From the IMG/VR virus record IMGVR_UViG_3300044259_000172: 38,401 nucleotides of DNA; one strand, 5' to 3'. Position 1 is the first letter of the stretch, and every line of letters begins with the position of its first letter. This DNA is from a virus (lineage: Duplodnaviria; Heunggongvirae; Uroviricota; Caudoviricetes). Made by a program: the position numbers and the translations under genes. The notes beneath the pieces were generated by a model that worked only from the letters and a program-made list of their open reading frames with translations, searched no databases and was not told the origin of the DNA. This document shows positions 1-9,840 of the stretch, one piece after another.

Positions 1-158
1 CCAATAGAATATAGAAGGGTCATATGAAATTCGAATGGCTCATCAGAAATACTTCCATCATATTTTGTAGAAGTATCCAACCCCCATCTAGACGCTAATT
101 TTTCTAATCTTAAACTCGTAACATTATCAGTTAAAAGGCAAACAAATTTTCTATTCAT
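1..158 (-). CDS. Partial CDS running off the window edge; putative 2H phosphoesterase, T4 gp57B/Acb1-like
   Basis: Not in the ORF track. Hand translation from ATG at 158: MNRKFVCLLTDNVTSLRLEKLASRWGLDTSTKYDGSISDEPFEFHMTLLYSIG. HMTLLYS resembles the first HxT motif of 2H enzymes (T4 57B HSTICYS). AGGA upstream within the end of gp15. Second HxT motif not visible. Confidence 0.5.
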   Translation of the reverse strand, partial: MNRKFVCLLTDNVTSLRLEKLASRWGLDTSTKYDGSISDEPFEFHMTLLYSI

Positions 159-164
159 AGGATA

Positions 165-974
165 TTATATTCCTTGCTTTGCATCAAAATCCGCAATTTC
201 TTTCAAAGTAGCTTGAACTGTTACTACGGAATCTGGTAATCTAGACTCATTAATATCTATTCCATACTTATCCACATAAGAATTTATTATAACCTTTTCA
301 ATTCTATTGGCCTTTTCATTCCAATTTTGATTTTTCGGAGGAGTACATGATGATGGATCACTAGGATCATAATTTGTAGTAATAAAGTTTATTAGAGCAT
401 TTTCATAATTTGATCCAACATTACTATAAAAATTAATGGTTGAAGAAAAATTTAAAGTTACTTCAATTCTTCTGGGATCAGATTCTTCACCTTCATAAGA
501 ATCATCTAAAGAAACCGCCGTTAAAGTAATTGGAACATCTATAGATTGATTTTTAATTGGAGTATTCATCATAGAAATTGTTAATGTAGGATTAAAGAAA
601 GGAATTATTTGCTCTATAATTTGAAATACATCATTCATATCTCTAGCTAAAATATAAAGAGCAGTTTCAATGGTATATGGAGCAGGTGATCTAATGCCTT
701 GAATTACATTATGCTGATTTATTCTAGCATCTGAATTCATTCCAATTCCAATAAATTCAAATGACATTCTTGGAAATATTTCATTATAAGGTTGTCTGTC
801 TGGCGTGTCTTGAATAAGGGTTTTATCCAATCCTGCATACTTTATAGGAACGGTTGTAGCATGGACAATATATCCATTTTCATTAATAGTTGCTATTTTT
901 ATGTCACTAAAAAGAGATGCAAATGCTGCTAAAAATTTTCTTATGTGACCATTATAAAATGGTTTTCCAAGCAT
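165..974 (-). CDS. gp15: Tail sheath stabiliser / tail completion protein, T4 gp15-like
   Basis: N-terminus FYNGHIRKFLAAFASLFSDI, VPIKY, FPRMSFE, QIIEQIIPFFNP, DVPITL match the gp15 family; follows gp13/gp14. Confidence 0.9.
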   Translation of the reverse strand: MLGKPFYNGHIRKFLAAFASLFSDIKIATINENGYIVHATTVPIKYAGLDKTLIQDTPDRQPYNEIFPRMSFEFIGIGMNSDARINQHNVIQGIRSPAPYTIETALYILARDMNDVFQIIEQIIPFFNPTLTISMMNTPIKNQSIDVPITLTAVSLDDSYEGEESDPRRIEVTLNFSSTINFYSNVGSNYENALINFITTNYDPSDPSSCTPPKNQNWNEKANRIEKVIINSYVDKYGIDINESRLPDSVVTVQATLKEIADFDAKQGI

Positions 975-1390
975 TATTTAGAGATCCATCCGGCAGTTTC
1001 GCCAATATAAGTAAATGAATATGATTTGAATGCCTCATTTAGCAATAAAGACGCTATAACTTGGCCATTCAATCTTTGGCCATTAAAAATTAATGTTACC
1101 GGATTTAATTGAAATGTTCCTCTTTCGTCAAAGAAAGTGAATGAACTTCCTATAGTAGGATCCGATGGAAAAATAATAGAAAATGATTGCTGAGCAGAAT
1201 TTACTAAATAAGATCCAGATCCATCAATTAAATTTGTAGATGAAGAAATTGAAGAAAAGGAAGTCGGAGAGATTGTATTGAATATTTTTTCAAAATTATT
1301 ATTTACTTTTCTAAAGGCCGCTCTAGCTGTATCTCCATCTTTTGAATTAGGAGCTGATCCTACATTTACTACTTCATATGATATTGTCAT
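974..1390 (-). CDS. Short gp9/gp10-like baseplate or tail-fibre connector protein
   Basis: VNVGSAPNSKDGDTARAAFRKVNNNF resembles the gp9/gp10 N-terminal motif (IGNVVDDGTGD...KINENF); C-terminal LVNS..FSIIFP.DPTIG...FD.RGTF.LNPVT repeat unit typical of T4-like virion proteins. Confidence 0.6.
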   Translation of the reverse strand: MTISYEVVNVGSAPNSKDGDTARAAFRKVNNNFEKIFNTISPTSFSSISSSTNLIDGSGSYLVNSAQQSFSIIFPSDPTIGSSFTFFDERGTFQLNPVTLIFNGQRLNGQVIASLLLNEAFKSYSFTYIGETAGWISK

Positions 1391-2233
1391 TTAAAATCCT
1401 AAGGTTGTTTTTGTTCCATAAAGTTCAGACTCAACTGAAATAGAATTATTAACAGAAGAATTTGGGTATTTCATTTGGGTCAATTTTTTTGGACCACTTT
1501 GATTATTTATAATATAATCGTCATCCCAATCAATTGAAGTATCCCAGTCATTATTCGTGACTGATATATCTTCTCTATCTGAAGTAACAGGAAGAAAATA
1601 ATCATCAGACATATCTTCAGAAGCTAATTTAAAAGAATCATCAATTGTTACACATGTAGAATCTGCGGTAAAAAAGTGATAACCATCAATTCTATTTGAA
1701 GACAGAAAATTCTCTATGAGATCTTCCGTATCAGGTTCAAGATAATTGAAAACATCTTTCTTAAATTCTTTATTTTTATTATGTTCATATGGTCGACATT
1801 CCATTTTCCAATAATAATACTTTCCTCCTGAAACCCAAGGATCTCTATTTCCCATATCATTAATTTGATATATTTGTTTAGTTTCAGTGAAAATTAGAAT
1901 ATCGCCAGGTTGAGGGAATTGCTCACCTGTTAAAAGGGTAAATTCAGTTTTGGAAACGGCAAAAGTGGAGCTTCCTCCATTAAATTCAGGTCCGAATTTT
2001 TGAATGATAAAATTGTTAGGATAAAATCCCCCAGTTTCTTCTCTAAAAACTGTAATTTTTATAGCTTCTTTAAAATTTGAAAGAAATAATTCATTCATAA
2101 CAATATCTTGGATAACTACTTCTCTAGGTAGATACCAGCAATCTATTCCTGCCCAATTTATAGATTCTTTTACTAAATTATCAAAAAGATTTTTTGCATC
2201 TTCATTGAAATAATTTTTCATCATTGGATGCAT
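1391..2233 (-). CDS. gp14: Neck protein, T4 gp14-like
   Basis: LVKESINWAGIDCWYLPRE, KFG, PGDILIF, DPWVSGGK motifs; position next to gp13. Confidence 0.85.
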   Translation of the reverse strand: MHPMMKNYFNEDAKNLFDNLVKESINWAGIDCWYLPREVVIQDIVMNELFLSNFKEAIKITVFREETGGFYPNNFIIQKFGPEFNGGSSTFAVSKTEFTLLTGEQFPQPGDILIFTETKQIYQINDMGNRDPWVSGGKYYYWKMECRPYEHNKNKEFKKDVFNYLEPDTEDLIENFLSSNRIDGYHFFTADSTCVTIDDSFKLASEDMSDDYFLPVTSDREDISVTNNDWDTSIDWDDDYIINNQSGPKKLTQMKYPNSSVNNSISVESELYGTKTTLGF

Positions 2234-2255
2234 TTCAATTATTTCCTTTTAAGTT

Positions 2256-2537
2256 TTATGGAAGGAGATAAATTATTCTCGCTGAAGGAAAAGCCTGTTG
2301 AACTTTCTTTTCTGCAACTTTATAATCATCTGTATAATCAACAATCATTCCAGATTTTTCTAGTTTCCCATAATCTGAAGGATGATCCGGATAAGTATCA
2401 ATGGTAAATGTCCATGTTCCTTTACCATTTGGGGTTTCATCATTAATAGATTCATAAGGAGAAGTGTCAATTCTAGCTTCAGTTAAATTCTGTCTAGATT
2501 CATTGACTAGTTCATCTTCAAAAATATTTGTAAACAT
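2256..2537 (-). CDS. Hypothetical 93-aa protein, possible processed internal virion protein
   Basis: ORF track; acidic N-terminus with IFE/LVNE/LTE motifs followed by a compact domain (PNGKGTWTF...YKVAEKKVQ...LLP). Confidence 0.55.
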   Translation of the reverse strand: MFTNIFEDELVNESRQNLTEARIDTSPYESINDETPNGKGTWTFTIDTYPDHPSDYGKLEKSGMIVDYTDDYKVAEKKVQQAFPSARIIYLLP

Positions 2538-2563
2538 TAATTTCTTTCTTTCTCTTGGAGGTA

Positions 2564-3343
2564 TTAACTTACGTAAATCATTGTGTAATCGGAATAAGTG
2601 GAGAGGAGTTCATCTTCGAGTTCTTTAATACGCTCATTTGCTTCTGTTTTAAACGCCTCTCCATTTAAAGTTATTCCTCCTGGCAATTCAACATTACTAA
2701 ATTTTGTAAGGTTTTCTCCCCAAGTTCTTTTAAATAGATTTGTTGTGTAATCAATGAACCATTCAACTTGCCAAAAATTTTCTTCGTTTTCTAAAGAAAC
2801 ATCCGCATCATAAACAATAAAATTTCCTGATTTAATTCCAGGATTTCCTATAATTCTTAATTGTCTTTTCGTTCTAGACCATCTGAAAATATCTTCTCTA
2901 TTAAAATGAGCATCATAAATCATTGCATCTTTTTTAGCTAAAAAGTAATCAACAATAGGGCTTGTTCTAGAATCACCAGGCCCAATAGGTAACATATAAC
3001 CATTTTGTGTATAATTATATGATCCTTGGGTCTCATAGGCAATTCCTAGAGCACTAATAATAGGAGCTGTCATGGATATCGCAGATCTATAAGACAATAT
3101 ATGATTTACTTCATAAACTTCATCTGGGACTGGATAATAACCATTTTGTAAATCTTGGTCAGTCACCTGATGAGCAATAAATAATTTTTCAGTAGAATCC
3201 CTATGATATTCAAGAAATTTTTTCTTTGCTGCTGCAACTAATATCTTTTCCTGATCAGGAGTGATATTAATTTCCATGAAAGTTAATCTCTTTTTGCAAT
3301 GAGAAATGAACTCAGACTGATTGGTTGGGTATTCTAAACTCAT
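2564..3343 (-). CDS. gp13: Neck protein, T4 gp13-like
   Basis: PTNQSEFISHCKKRL..INITPDQ...EYH and WFIDYTT...WGENLTKF..VELPGGITLNG match gp13. Confidence 0.9.
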   Translation of the reverse strand: MSLEYPTNQSEFISHCKKRLTFMEINITPDQEKILVAAAKKKFLEYHRDSTEKLFIAHQVTDQDLQNGYYPVPDEVYEVNHILSYRSAISMTAPIISALGIAYETQGSYNYTQNGYMLPIGPGDSRTSPIVDYFLAKKDAMIYDAHFNREDIFRWSRTKRQLRIIGNPGIKSGNFIVYDADVSLENEENFWQVEWFIDYTTNLFKRTWGENLTKFSNVELPGGITLNGEAFKTEANERIKELEDELLSTYSDYTMIYVS

Positions 3344-3659
3344 AGATAAATTCTATATTTCCGTTTTGTACAACATAGTTATTGTTTTGTTCATCATTTT
3401 TATATGTAACATATACATTATATCTATAAACATAATCAAACTTCAATTCAGGATTAAATGGTATCAATCCTATATTATCTTCAAAATTTATCTCTTGATA
3501 AAATCTTTCAATTTCATCAAATGGTCTATAAATAAATCCTTTAAAATTTAGTAAACTAATATCCGGGACATATCCATCCAACTCAATAGGAATAATATCA
3601 AATGTATTATCCTGTCCATAGATAAATTTTAGATTGATATCTTTCTTTTTAAATGACAA
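3312..3659 (-). CDS. Hypothetical virion protein with BppU-N-like beta-sandwich
   Basis: INLKFIYGQD...DGYVPDIS...YRYNVYV...VVQNG pattern resembles the small gene often found upstream of gp13 in T4-like phages. Confidence 0.5.
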   Translation of the reverse strand: MSFKKKDINLKFIYGQDNTFDIIPIELDGYVPDISLLNFKGFIYRPFDEIERFYQEINFEDNIGLIPFNPELKFDYVYRYNVYVTYKNDEQNNNYVVQNGNIEFIYEFRIPNQSV

Positions 3660-3849
3660 CGTCTTCTCCCAAAAGTTTTAGGACTTTATTTAATTTTTCT
3701 TCTATAGACAAAAGATGTTTTTCCTTTGCTCGTTTTCTTTTAAAGTCTTCATATGACTTTAGATCAGAGACCAAAATCGCTTTTGATCTCTTATCTCTTA
3801 CCAACCCAGATGAATTTTCTACTTTCAAATAATCAGTGCTTTGTGTCAT
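3649..3849 (-). CDS. Conserved small hypothetical protein (66 aa) with C-terminal coiled coil
   Basis: LKVENSSGLVRDKRSKAIL...SYEDF resembles the small gene that follows VrlC-like genes in T4-like phages. Confidence 0.6.
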   Translation of the reverse strand: MTQSTDYLKVENSSGLVRDKRSKAILVSDLKSYEDFKRKRAKEKHLLSIEEKLNKVLKLLGEDVVI

Positions 3850-3859
3850 ATGATATCTA

Positions 3860-6800
3860 TTAAGGAGCCGTTGTTACAACTCTAAAATTTTTAACTTTAG
3901 GTACGACAGAAGAATTATCAGAAAGAAGTACTAATTTAATTGCAATCACATTCGCTTTAGTATATTCATAGTCATTGTCAGTATAACTAATAGTCGTAGT
4001 TGTTGGAATAAAGCTTACTTCTGTAAAACTTGTATCATTTCCGGATATAATTGCATTTGAAGTGCTTTGCTTCATCTTTACCCATTGCTTTGACTCAATA
4101 GTATTATTGTCATCTGGAGATTTAGCTCTATAATATACTTCTACATCTGTACCAAATCTCTTATTAACATCAAATGTAACAGTTAAATAATCTGTTTCAT
4201 ATCCATCTTGAAGTGTAACATTTCTAGTAATATATCTTGCTAAAGCATTACCTCCGGAAGGATCAGTTTCAAATCCTTTATAGGAAATTGAAGCTCCCGA
4301 TCCATCTCCACCATCAATAACAAATGTAGGAGCAGAAGTATATCCTGAACCAGGATTTACAATTTTAATTCCTGTTAAAACTCCAGAGGTAATAATTGCC
4401 TGAAGAATAGCTCCTGAACCACCTCCGCCTGAAACTGCGATAGAAGGAACGGTATTATATCCTGAACCAGGATTTGTAATAGTGAAACCTGACTTTATAA
4501 GTCCTAAATTATTCACTTGATTGTGAACTGTAATTAAACTATTTCTTGTTAAATCCAAGAATGGGCTTACATCTTTATTTGTAGTATTGATAGTAATCTT
4601 TGAAGCAAAATCATTATTTCCAAGAATTACCTTTTCGAGAGAAGGAATTTCTTTATTCTTAAGATAATACTTAGTGAATGCTCCTTGTACTAAAGTAGAA
4701 GAATTCTTTAGAGAGTATTGAGCATCTATCGTAGTAACATTAGAGAAATTTATAGGTTCAAAATTATGAGTAAATTCTGAAATATAAACATCCTTCGTAT
4801 AAACCGCATTGAAATTAATTTCGCCTGGAGTATTTGTTGGAAATACTGCCTTATTAAGTTTGAATGTCAAATCCTGATTTTGGAATGCTGTCCATGTAGA
4901 AGCATTCTGAGATTTAAATAGAGACCCTAAAGAAATCTGAGACATAATTGTAGAGGTTGTTCCTAGGACAGTTTGACCCATTGTTGCAACATAAGTTTCA
5001 TATTCTAAAGATGAAGAAAGAAGAACAATAGCATATTCTTTTCCTGGTTCAAGATAAACAGGAGCATCAAAATAAACATCAGTTCCAGCTGAAAGAATAC
5101 TTGCAAGATCCGCGGTATTAGTCGGAATTGCGATATCATCAGGTTTTACATAAACATGAGAAAATGGAATAATATTAGAACTGTCAGGATATCCATTTGT
5201 TACAGTTCTAAGTTGAACTTGAAGAGGATAACCAGAAGAACTTGGCTTATTTCTCATATAAAGAGTTGTTGATGTTACAAAAATACCATTTGGATATGCA
5301 GCCGAAGATACAGAGAATGTTTGAGCTAATGGGTCAGCCCCTGCTCCTCCATTATGGTCACTATCTCTCGCCGTTCCTGTTCCGGAACTTACAGGAACAG
5401 TTGTAACAGAAGATGATGTCGAAGAAGTAGAAACTACCGTTTGAGATGCAGTAACAGTTGAAGTAGAAACAGTCGGAGTTCTTGTAGAAATAACCGATTC
5501 TCTTACAGTTGTTTGTAGACCTGAAGATGTAAAAATATAAGTCGCATAAGTTGTAGCATTGTCTTTATTTTTTTGAGAATCGTCAATTACAGTGATAGTT
5601 CTATCACCAGTCTTGAATTTTCCTGCTGGAATATTTAAGACAAATTTAACTAATCCACTACTATCTGATCTTACTACGCCTTCAGAAAGAGAAGCATAAC
5701 CAGTTAAAGGAGTAACTAAACTATTTACATTTGTTTCATCGAAAAATACGTGTAAATCTCTATTAGCTCTAAGAGCACCACCTTCACAAGCAATAGAAAC
5801 TGCTCTCATATAATATGCAAGATTTACATCTGTAACATATTCACCAATAGAAGAAGTAATAGTTTCAGTACCCAAAGTTGTTTGGGTACCCGTTCTTACT
5901 TGATTTGCTGTAGTTGTAGTAGTATTTGTTGTAGTAGTTGTATTTCCTGAAGTAGAAACTGAAGTATTTGTCGTTGATCCTGCCCAAGTAGTTTGCCAAG
6001 CATCCCATTGAGTTCCAAATCCTGGAGCCATTCCTTCAATTGCAGAATAAAGAGCTTCCCATGCGTCATTATCACCTTCAAGGTTTACCATAACAGCGGG
6101 GGCTTTTGTGGTATCAACCCAATCATCTGATGGGGGATTACATGCCATTACTCCAATATAATCTGTAACTAAGAAAGGAGTTACAGATTCAGAATTCGAA
6201 GCAATATTGTTCCATAAGAAAACTTCTTCAGACCATGGAAGAGTGATAATTTCTCCGATTCTATCCATAGAAGAAGTATTAGATTGAACGCCTGATCTCG
6301 ATGAAACTTGTAATGAAACATTGGCAGAATCATAAGCAGGTCTCATAATATTATTGCTTACATCAACTGCACATTTATAATCCGCATTATCAACATTTCC
6401 AACTCCATGACCTGTAAACGAATCGACCAAGAAGCCATTCTTGAATCTTTCAAGCCCATTTTCATCATAAATAGTCGTATTTTTTGTATCAAATTCAAGC
6501 AATGATAATGCCGTATAATATTCAAGACGATCGATTCTCTTTTCAAGACGCCCGATATCTCTCATAGTATATCTTTTATTATCAACATATCTAGTTTGGC
6601 AATCAGTTCCCTTTTTTGTATATGCAGGAACATCAAGATAATAAAGAACCATAGCATCTTCAGGAATTTTTGGATACTGTGGATTTACATCAGGCTTTCC
6701 TTGAATAGTTGAGAATGTTCCGTTCCAATAAAGAACTACTGCATCTTTTCTAGGAAGATAAAATTCGTAGTCAGCTGAAATCGGAATATTAGGAACAGGA

Positions 6801-9100
6801 ATTGCCTGATTATTTGGAGAAGGTCTAAAATCTAATACATCAGAAAGATTATAAGTTTTTCCTGATGTAGAAGTATATGTTGGAATATCAGCATAATCAT
6901 CAGGATATGAATCAACTGAAAAGTATCCTTGCCCAGCATGAATATAGTAATCAATATTAATGATTACAGTCTTATCTTGAGGAATGCTTGCTCCATTTCT
7001 TAGAGTAATAGCCCCGCTTTCATAAGTGGTATCTCTTTGTCCTTTATCAAGAATAAAATTCGAAGCATAATCAGTTCCATCTATAGTGATAGAATTAATT
7101 TTGATCACATCAATTGTATTCAATGAATAGAATGAATTAACTCCATTTATCGTTCCTGCATTGACGTTAATATTTTTTGTAGCTCTAGTTTTTGTTCTTG
7201 GAGAAGTTTGCCCCATTTGGACTGGGATTAGAGCATTAACTGAACCTGCCGTAGAAGCAAATGTTACATTTAGCTGTTTTCCTGCATTCGTAATTGTGAT
7301 ATTTGATACTTGAAGAGGTAAATTTGTATCGGCACTAGTGAAGATATAAAGTCCTTGTTCAATATCAGTTCCTGCAAAATTGGCTTCTATAGGTCCATAA
7401 AATGTAGATTGATTTCCTGAACTTAAAGAGAAAATAGCATTCGTTCCTGTCCCAGCAGAAGAAAAATATTGATGTGCCGTGAATGACGTATTTGACGCCC
7501 CATTTGGAGCAAGAGTAGCAACTCCTGCCTGGGGAATTTCATAAATTAATGAAGATGATGCTGATGAGAAAAGTGTAACTTTTCCTGAAATAATAGATGC
7601 AGGATCAATATTAGCAGAAAATCCACTATATCCTACAGATCTTACATTATCAAGAGCAAATCCACTATTAAAAGATGAACTTAAGATATAAAGTCTATAT
7701 TTTACAGTTCCAGAAGTGATATTTCCAGAATCATATCTCATAAATAGAATTTTTAAAGATCCTATTACATCACCTGTATTATTAATACCACTATAAGCAC
7801 TAATTGTTGCAATATTTGATGTATTTAAAGTTCCTGTAAAATTCGTAACAAGAATATAATTTCCAAAAGAAGGAACAATATTATAGTTTTCTACAAGTTG
7901 CTTTGTTCTAGCTCTAGGAACATTGATTTCAGTAGATGAAATCTTTTCAATTTCAAATCCTCTAACATAAGCTTTTCCTTTTCCGATATCAACAGAAAAA
8001 TCATCTTCAATTGTATAAGTCATACCAGCCTGAGAAGAATTTGCCGAAAATGTTTTATCAATTCTAAATTGATTCGTATCAATAACTTCAACAATATTAG
8101 CTTTGCCATTATTTGAAGGAAGGCCTTCAAGAATAATAACATCTCCAACTGACATAGAATGAACTAATGAAGTTCTTAAAACTCCAGTAGTTAATACTTG
8201 AGAAATTTTATTCTTAACACCTTCTTCGAGAATTAGAGTGAATGGATTTACTGTATAATTTCCAGATTCATCATAAGTTCTTCTTGCCAATTCTTTTGCG
8301 AGATCAGAATATACTGTAGTGTTTGTTATAGATTTTGTATTACCATCTCTAATTTCATAAAGAACTGCATAATTAGAAGGTTTTGTATCTCCATCCTTGA
8401 CATAAATTAATTCAGCATTAATCTTAAGTCTATCTGCTCCTTGGGCACCATAATTCTTTGAACCTCTAGCTGGATCCAATAAAGAACTATCTTGAACTGA
8501 TGTTACAATTTCTTCGGACCAAACTAGACCAGCCGTTCCAGTAGGAGTAGAATTGAAATCTTCTAAAATAATAGATTGTTTTGCAATCTCGACGAATTTA
8601 GAGTTAATGAAGAATACACCATTATCAACACCTAAAAAGAAGCAGAATCCTGTCTCAGAAATTGTGCCATAAATATTTTGATCTTCAACTTTTACTCTAT
8701 TTCCAACAGCGAATAAATTTTTAGAATCTACGAAAAGAACTTTTTTTCCTGAAGAAATTTTTGTCTTTAATACGAGCCCTTGATATCCAGTAGTAGCTCC
8801 TGTACTATCAATTTCATCTACAACATTATCAACGAATTCTTCGAGAACAACTGGGAATGTATTATAAGTGTCTTCAAGAACTACATAAGAAATTTGTTTT
8901 ACTGTAAGCTGCCCACCAATAACTTGAGTTCCTTCAGTAAAGATGTGAGAAGCATGTGTCCCCATCTGATTTGAAAGAATACTCTGAAGAGTAGTTAATT
9001 CAGATGCCTGAACAGGTCTACCTGGATTAAACAATACTTGATGGAAATTTTTCGAAGAATCGAAATTATCGTAATAAGGAGCACCTGAGATTAATGACAT
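3860..9100 (-). CDS. Large virion structural protein, DUF4815/VrlC-like
   Basis: PYYDNFDSSKNFHQVLFNPGRPVQASELTTLQSIL, APGADR-like QGADRLKI, LARRTYDESGNY, RYTMRDIGRLEKRI..LEYYTALSLLE, RFKNGFLVDSF, DPLAQTF, GSLFKSQNASTWT; two NPGSGY-T-x-P Gly-rich repeats near the C-terminus. Confidence 0.85.
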   Translation of the reverse strand: MSLISGAPYYDNFDSSKNFHQVLFNPGRPVQASELTTLQSILSNQMGTHASHIFTEGTQVIGGQLTVKQISYVVLEDTYNTFPVVLEEFVDNVVDEIDSTGATTGYQGLVLKTKISSGKKVLFVDSKNLFAVGNRVKVEDQNIYGTISETGFCFFLGVDNGVFFINSKFVEIAKQSIILEDFNSTPTGTAGLVWSEEIVTSVQDSSLLDPARGSKNYGAQGADRLKINAELIYVKDGDTKPSNYAVLYEIRDGNTKSITNTTVYSDLAKELARRTYDESGNYTVNPFTLILEEGVKNKISQVLTTGVLRTSLVHSMSVGDVIILEGLPSNNGKANIVEVIDTNQFRIDKTFSANSSQAGMTYTIEDDFSVDIGKGKAYVRGFEIEKISSTEINVPRARTKQLVENYNIVPSFGNYILVTNFTGTLNTSNIATISAYSGINNTGDVIGSLKILFMRYDSGNITSGTVKYRLYILSSSFNSGFALDNVRSVGYSGFSANIDPASIISGKVTLFSSASSSLIYEIPQAGVATLAPNGASNTSFTAHQYFSSAGTGTNAIFSLSSGNQSTFYGPIEANFAGTDIEQGLYIFTSADTNLPLQVSNITITNAGKQLNVTFASTAGSVNALIPVQMGQTSPRTKTRATKNINVNAGTINGVNSFYSLNTIDVIKINSITIDGTDYASNFILDKGQRDTTYESGAITLRNGASIPQDKTVIINIDYYIHAGQGYFSVDSYPDDYADIPTYTSTSGKTYNLSDVLDFRPSPNNQAIPVPNIPISADYEFYLPRKDAVVLYWNGTFSTIQGKPDVNPQYPKIPEDAMVLYYLDVPAYTKKGTDCQTRYVDNKRYTMRDIGRLEKRIDRLEYYTALSLLEFDTKNTTIYDENGLERFKNGFLVDSFTGHGVGNVDNADYKCAVDVSNNIMRPAYDSANVSLQVSSRSGVQSNTSSMDRIGEIITLPWSEEVFLWNNIASNSESVTPFLVTDYIGVMACNPPSDDWVDTTKAPAVMVNLEGDNDAWEALYSAIEGMAPGFGTQWDAWQTTWAGSTTNTSVSTSGNTTTTTNTTTTTANQVRTGTQTTLGTETITSSIGEYVTDVNLAYYMRAVSIACEGGALRANRDLHVFFDETNVNSLVTPLTGYASLSEGVVRSDSSGLVKFVLNIPAGKFKTGDRTITVIDDSQKNKDNATTYATYIFTSSGLQTTVRESVISTRTPTVSTSTVTASQTVVSTSSTSSSVTTVPVSSGTGTARDSDHNGGAGADPLAQTFSVSSAAYPNGIFVTSTTLYMRNKPSSSGYPLQVQLRTVTNGYPDSSNIIPFSHVYVKPDDIAIPTNTADLASILSAGTDVYFDAPVYLEPGKEYAIVLLSSSLEYETYVATMGQTVLGTTSTIMSQISLGSLFKSQNASTWTAFQNQDLTFKLNKAVFPTNTPGEINFNAVYTKDVYISEFTHNFEPINFSNVTTIDAQYSLKNSSTLVQGAFTKYYLKNKEIPSLEKVILGNNDFASKITINTTNKDVSPFLDLTRNSLITVHNQVNNLGLIKSGFTITNPGSGYNTVPSIAVSGGGGSGAILQAIITSGVLTGIKIVNPGSGYTSAPTFVIDGGDGSGASISYKGFETDPSGGNALARYITRNVTLQDGYETDYLTVTFDVNKRFGTDVEVYYRAKSPDDNNTIESKQWVKMKQSTSNAIISGNDTSFTEVSFIPTTTTISYTDNDYEYTKANVIAIKLVLLSDNSSVVPKVKNFRVVTTAP

Positions 9101-9112
9101 ATATTATCTATT

Positions 9113-9829
9113 CTATTGTTCTAAATTGATTTGGAAGACAAATCTGTTTATTTGTTCATCGGTTCTGAATAATGGTTCTATTGGAACATAAATAATCGGA
9201 TATCCGTAATATTGAACATTTGCTTTATTTATGTATGTATCATTTAGAACATCAGTCTGATTTGGATTTAGATAAATTCCTATAACTCTAAATTTTCTAT
9301 CTAAAGGAAGATATCCGGTTTCATCACCAATTATAGAAAATGAAACCCAAATTTGTCTAATAATTATAGGAGTTTTATATAGCAATTTCTCCGATAAAAG
9401 AGAAAGAGGGATCAAATCTTCAGAGACTAAATATTTTCTATCATCAGTGATAGTTTCAAGGAATTCCCATAGGGCCGTTCCTGCATTATCTACTAATATA
9501 CCATTAAAATGATTGGGAGATGCACCTGATGTACCTGCCTGAGTGCATAGATATACATTCCCATTATTGGAATAGATTATATCTCCAACTGAATAATTTT
9601 TAGGAATCCAATCAAATCTATCAACCATAAATGCTAATGACTCTACACCTAATCTTTTCAAAAAAATGATTTCATCAGAAAAATCTGATGGGCTAATTTC
9701 TGTCAAAGGAGGAACATCTGGATTTCCCCATACTGTATCACTTCTTCCTAAAAACCCATACATTTGAGATGCTAAGGCTGAATTTAATATAGTTGATATA
9801 ATTGAAAAATTTCTATTAATAGTTGACAT
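9113..9829 (-). CDS. gp8: Baseplate wedge subunit, T4 gp8-like (compact)
   Basis: GRS..W...PP, RFDW, LWEFLE, FRVIGIYLNP (T4 FRQISIITNP), IIYVPIEP..RTDEQ align with gp8. Confidence 0.85.
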   Translation of the reverse strand: MSTINRNFSIISTILNSALASQMYGFLGRSDTVWGNPDVPPLTEISPSDFSDEIIFLKRLGVESLAFMVDRFDWIPKNYSVGDIIYSNNGNVYLCTQAGTSGASPNHFNGILVDNAGTALWEFLETITDDRKYLVSEDLIPLSLLSEKLLYKTPIIIRQIWVSFSIIGDETGYLPLDRKFRVIGIYLNPNQTDVLNDTYINKANVQYYGYPIIYVPIEPLFRTDEQINRFVFQINLEQ

Positions 9830-9840
9830 AATCTATTTAT

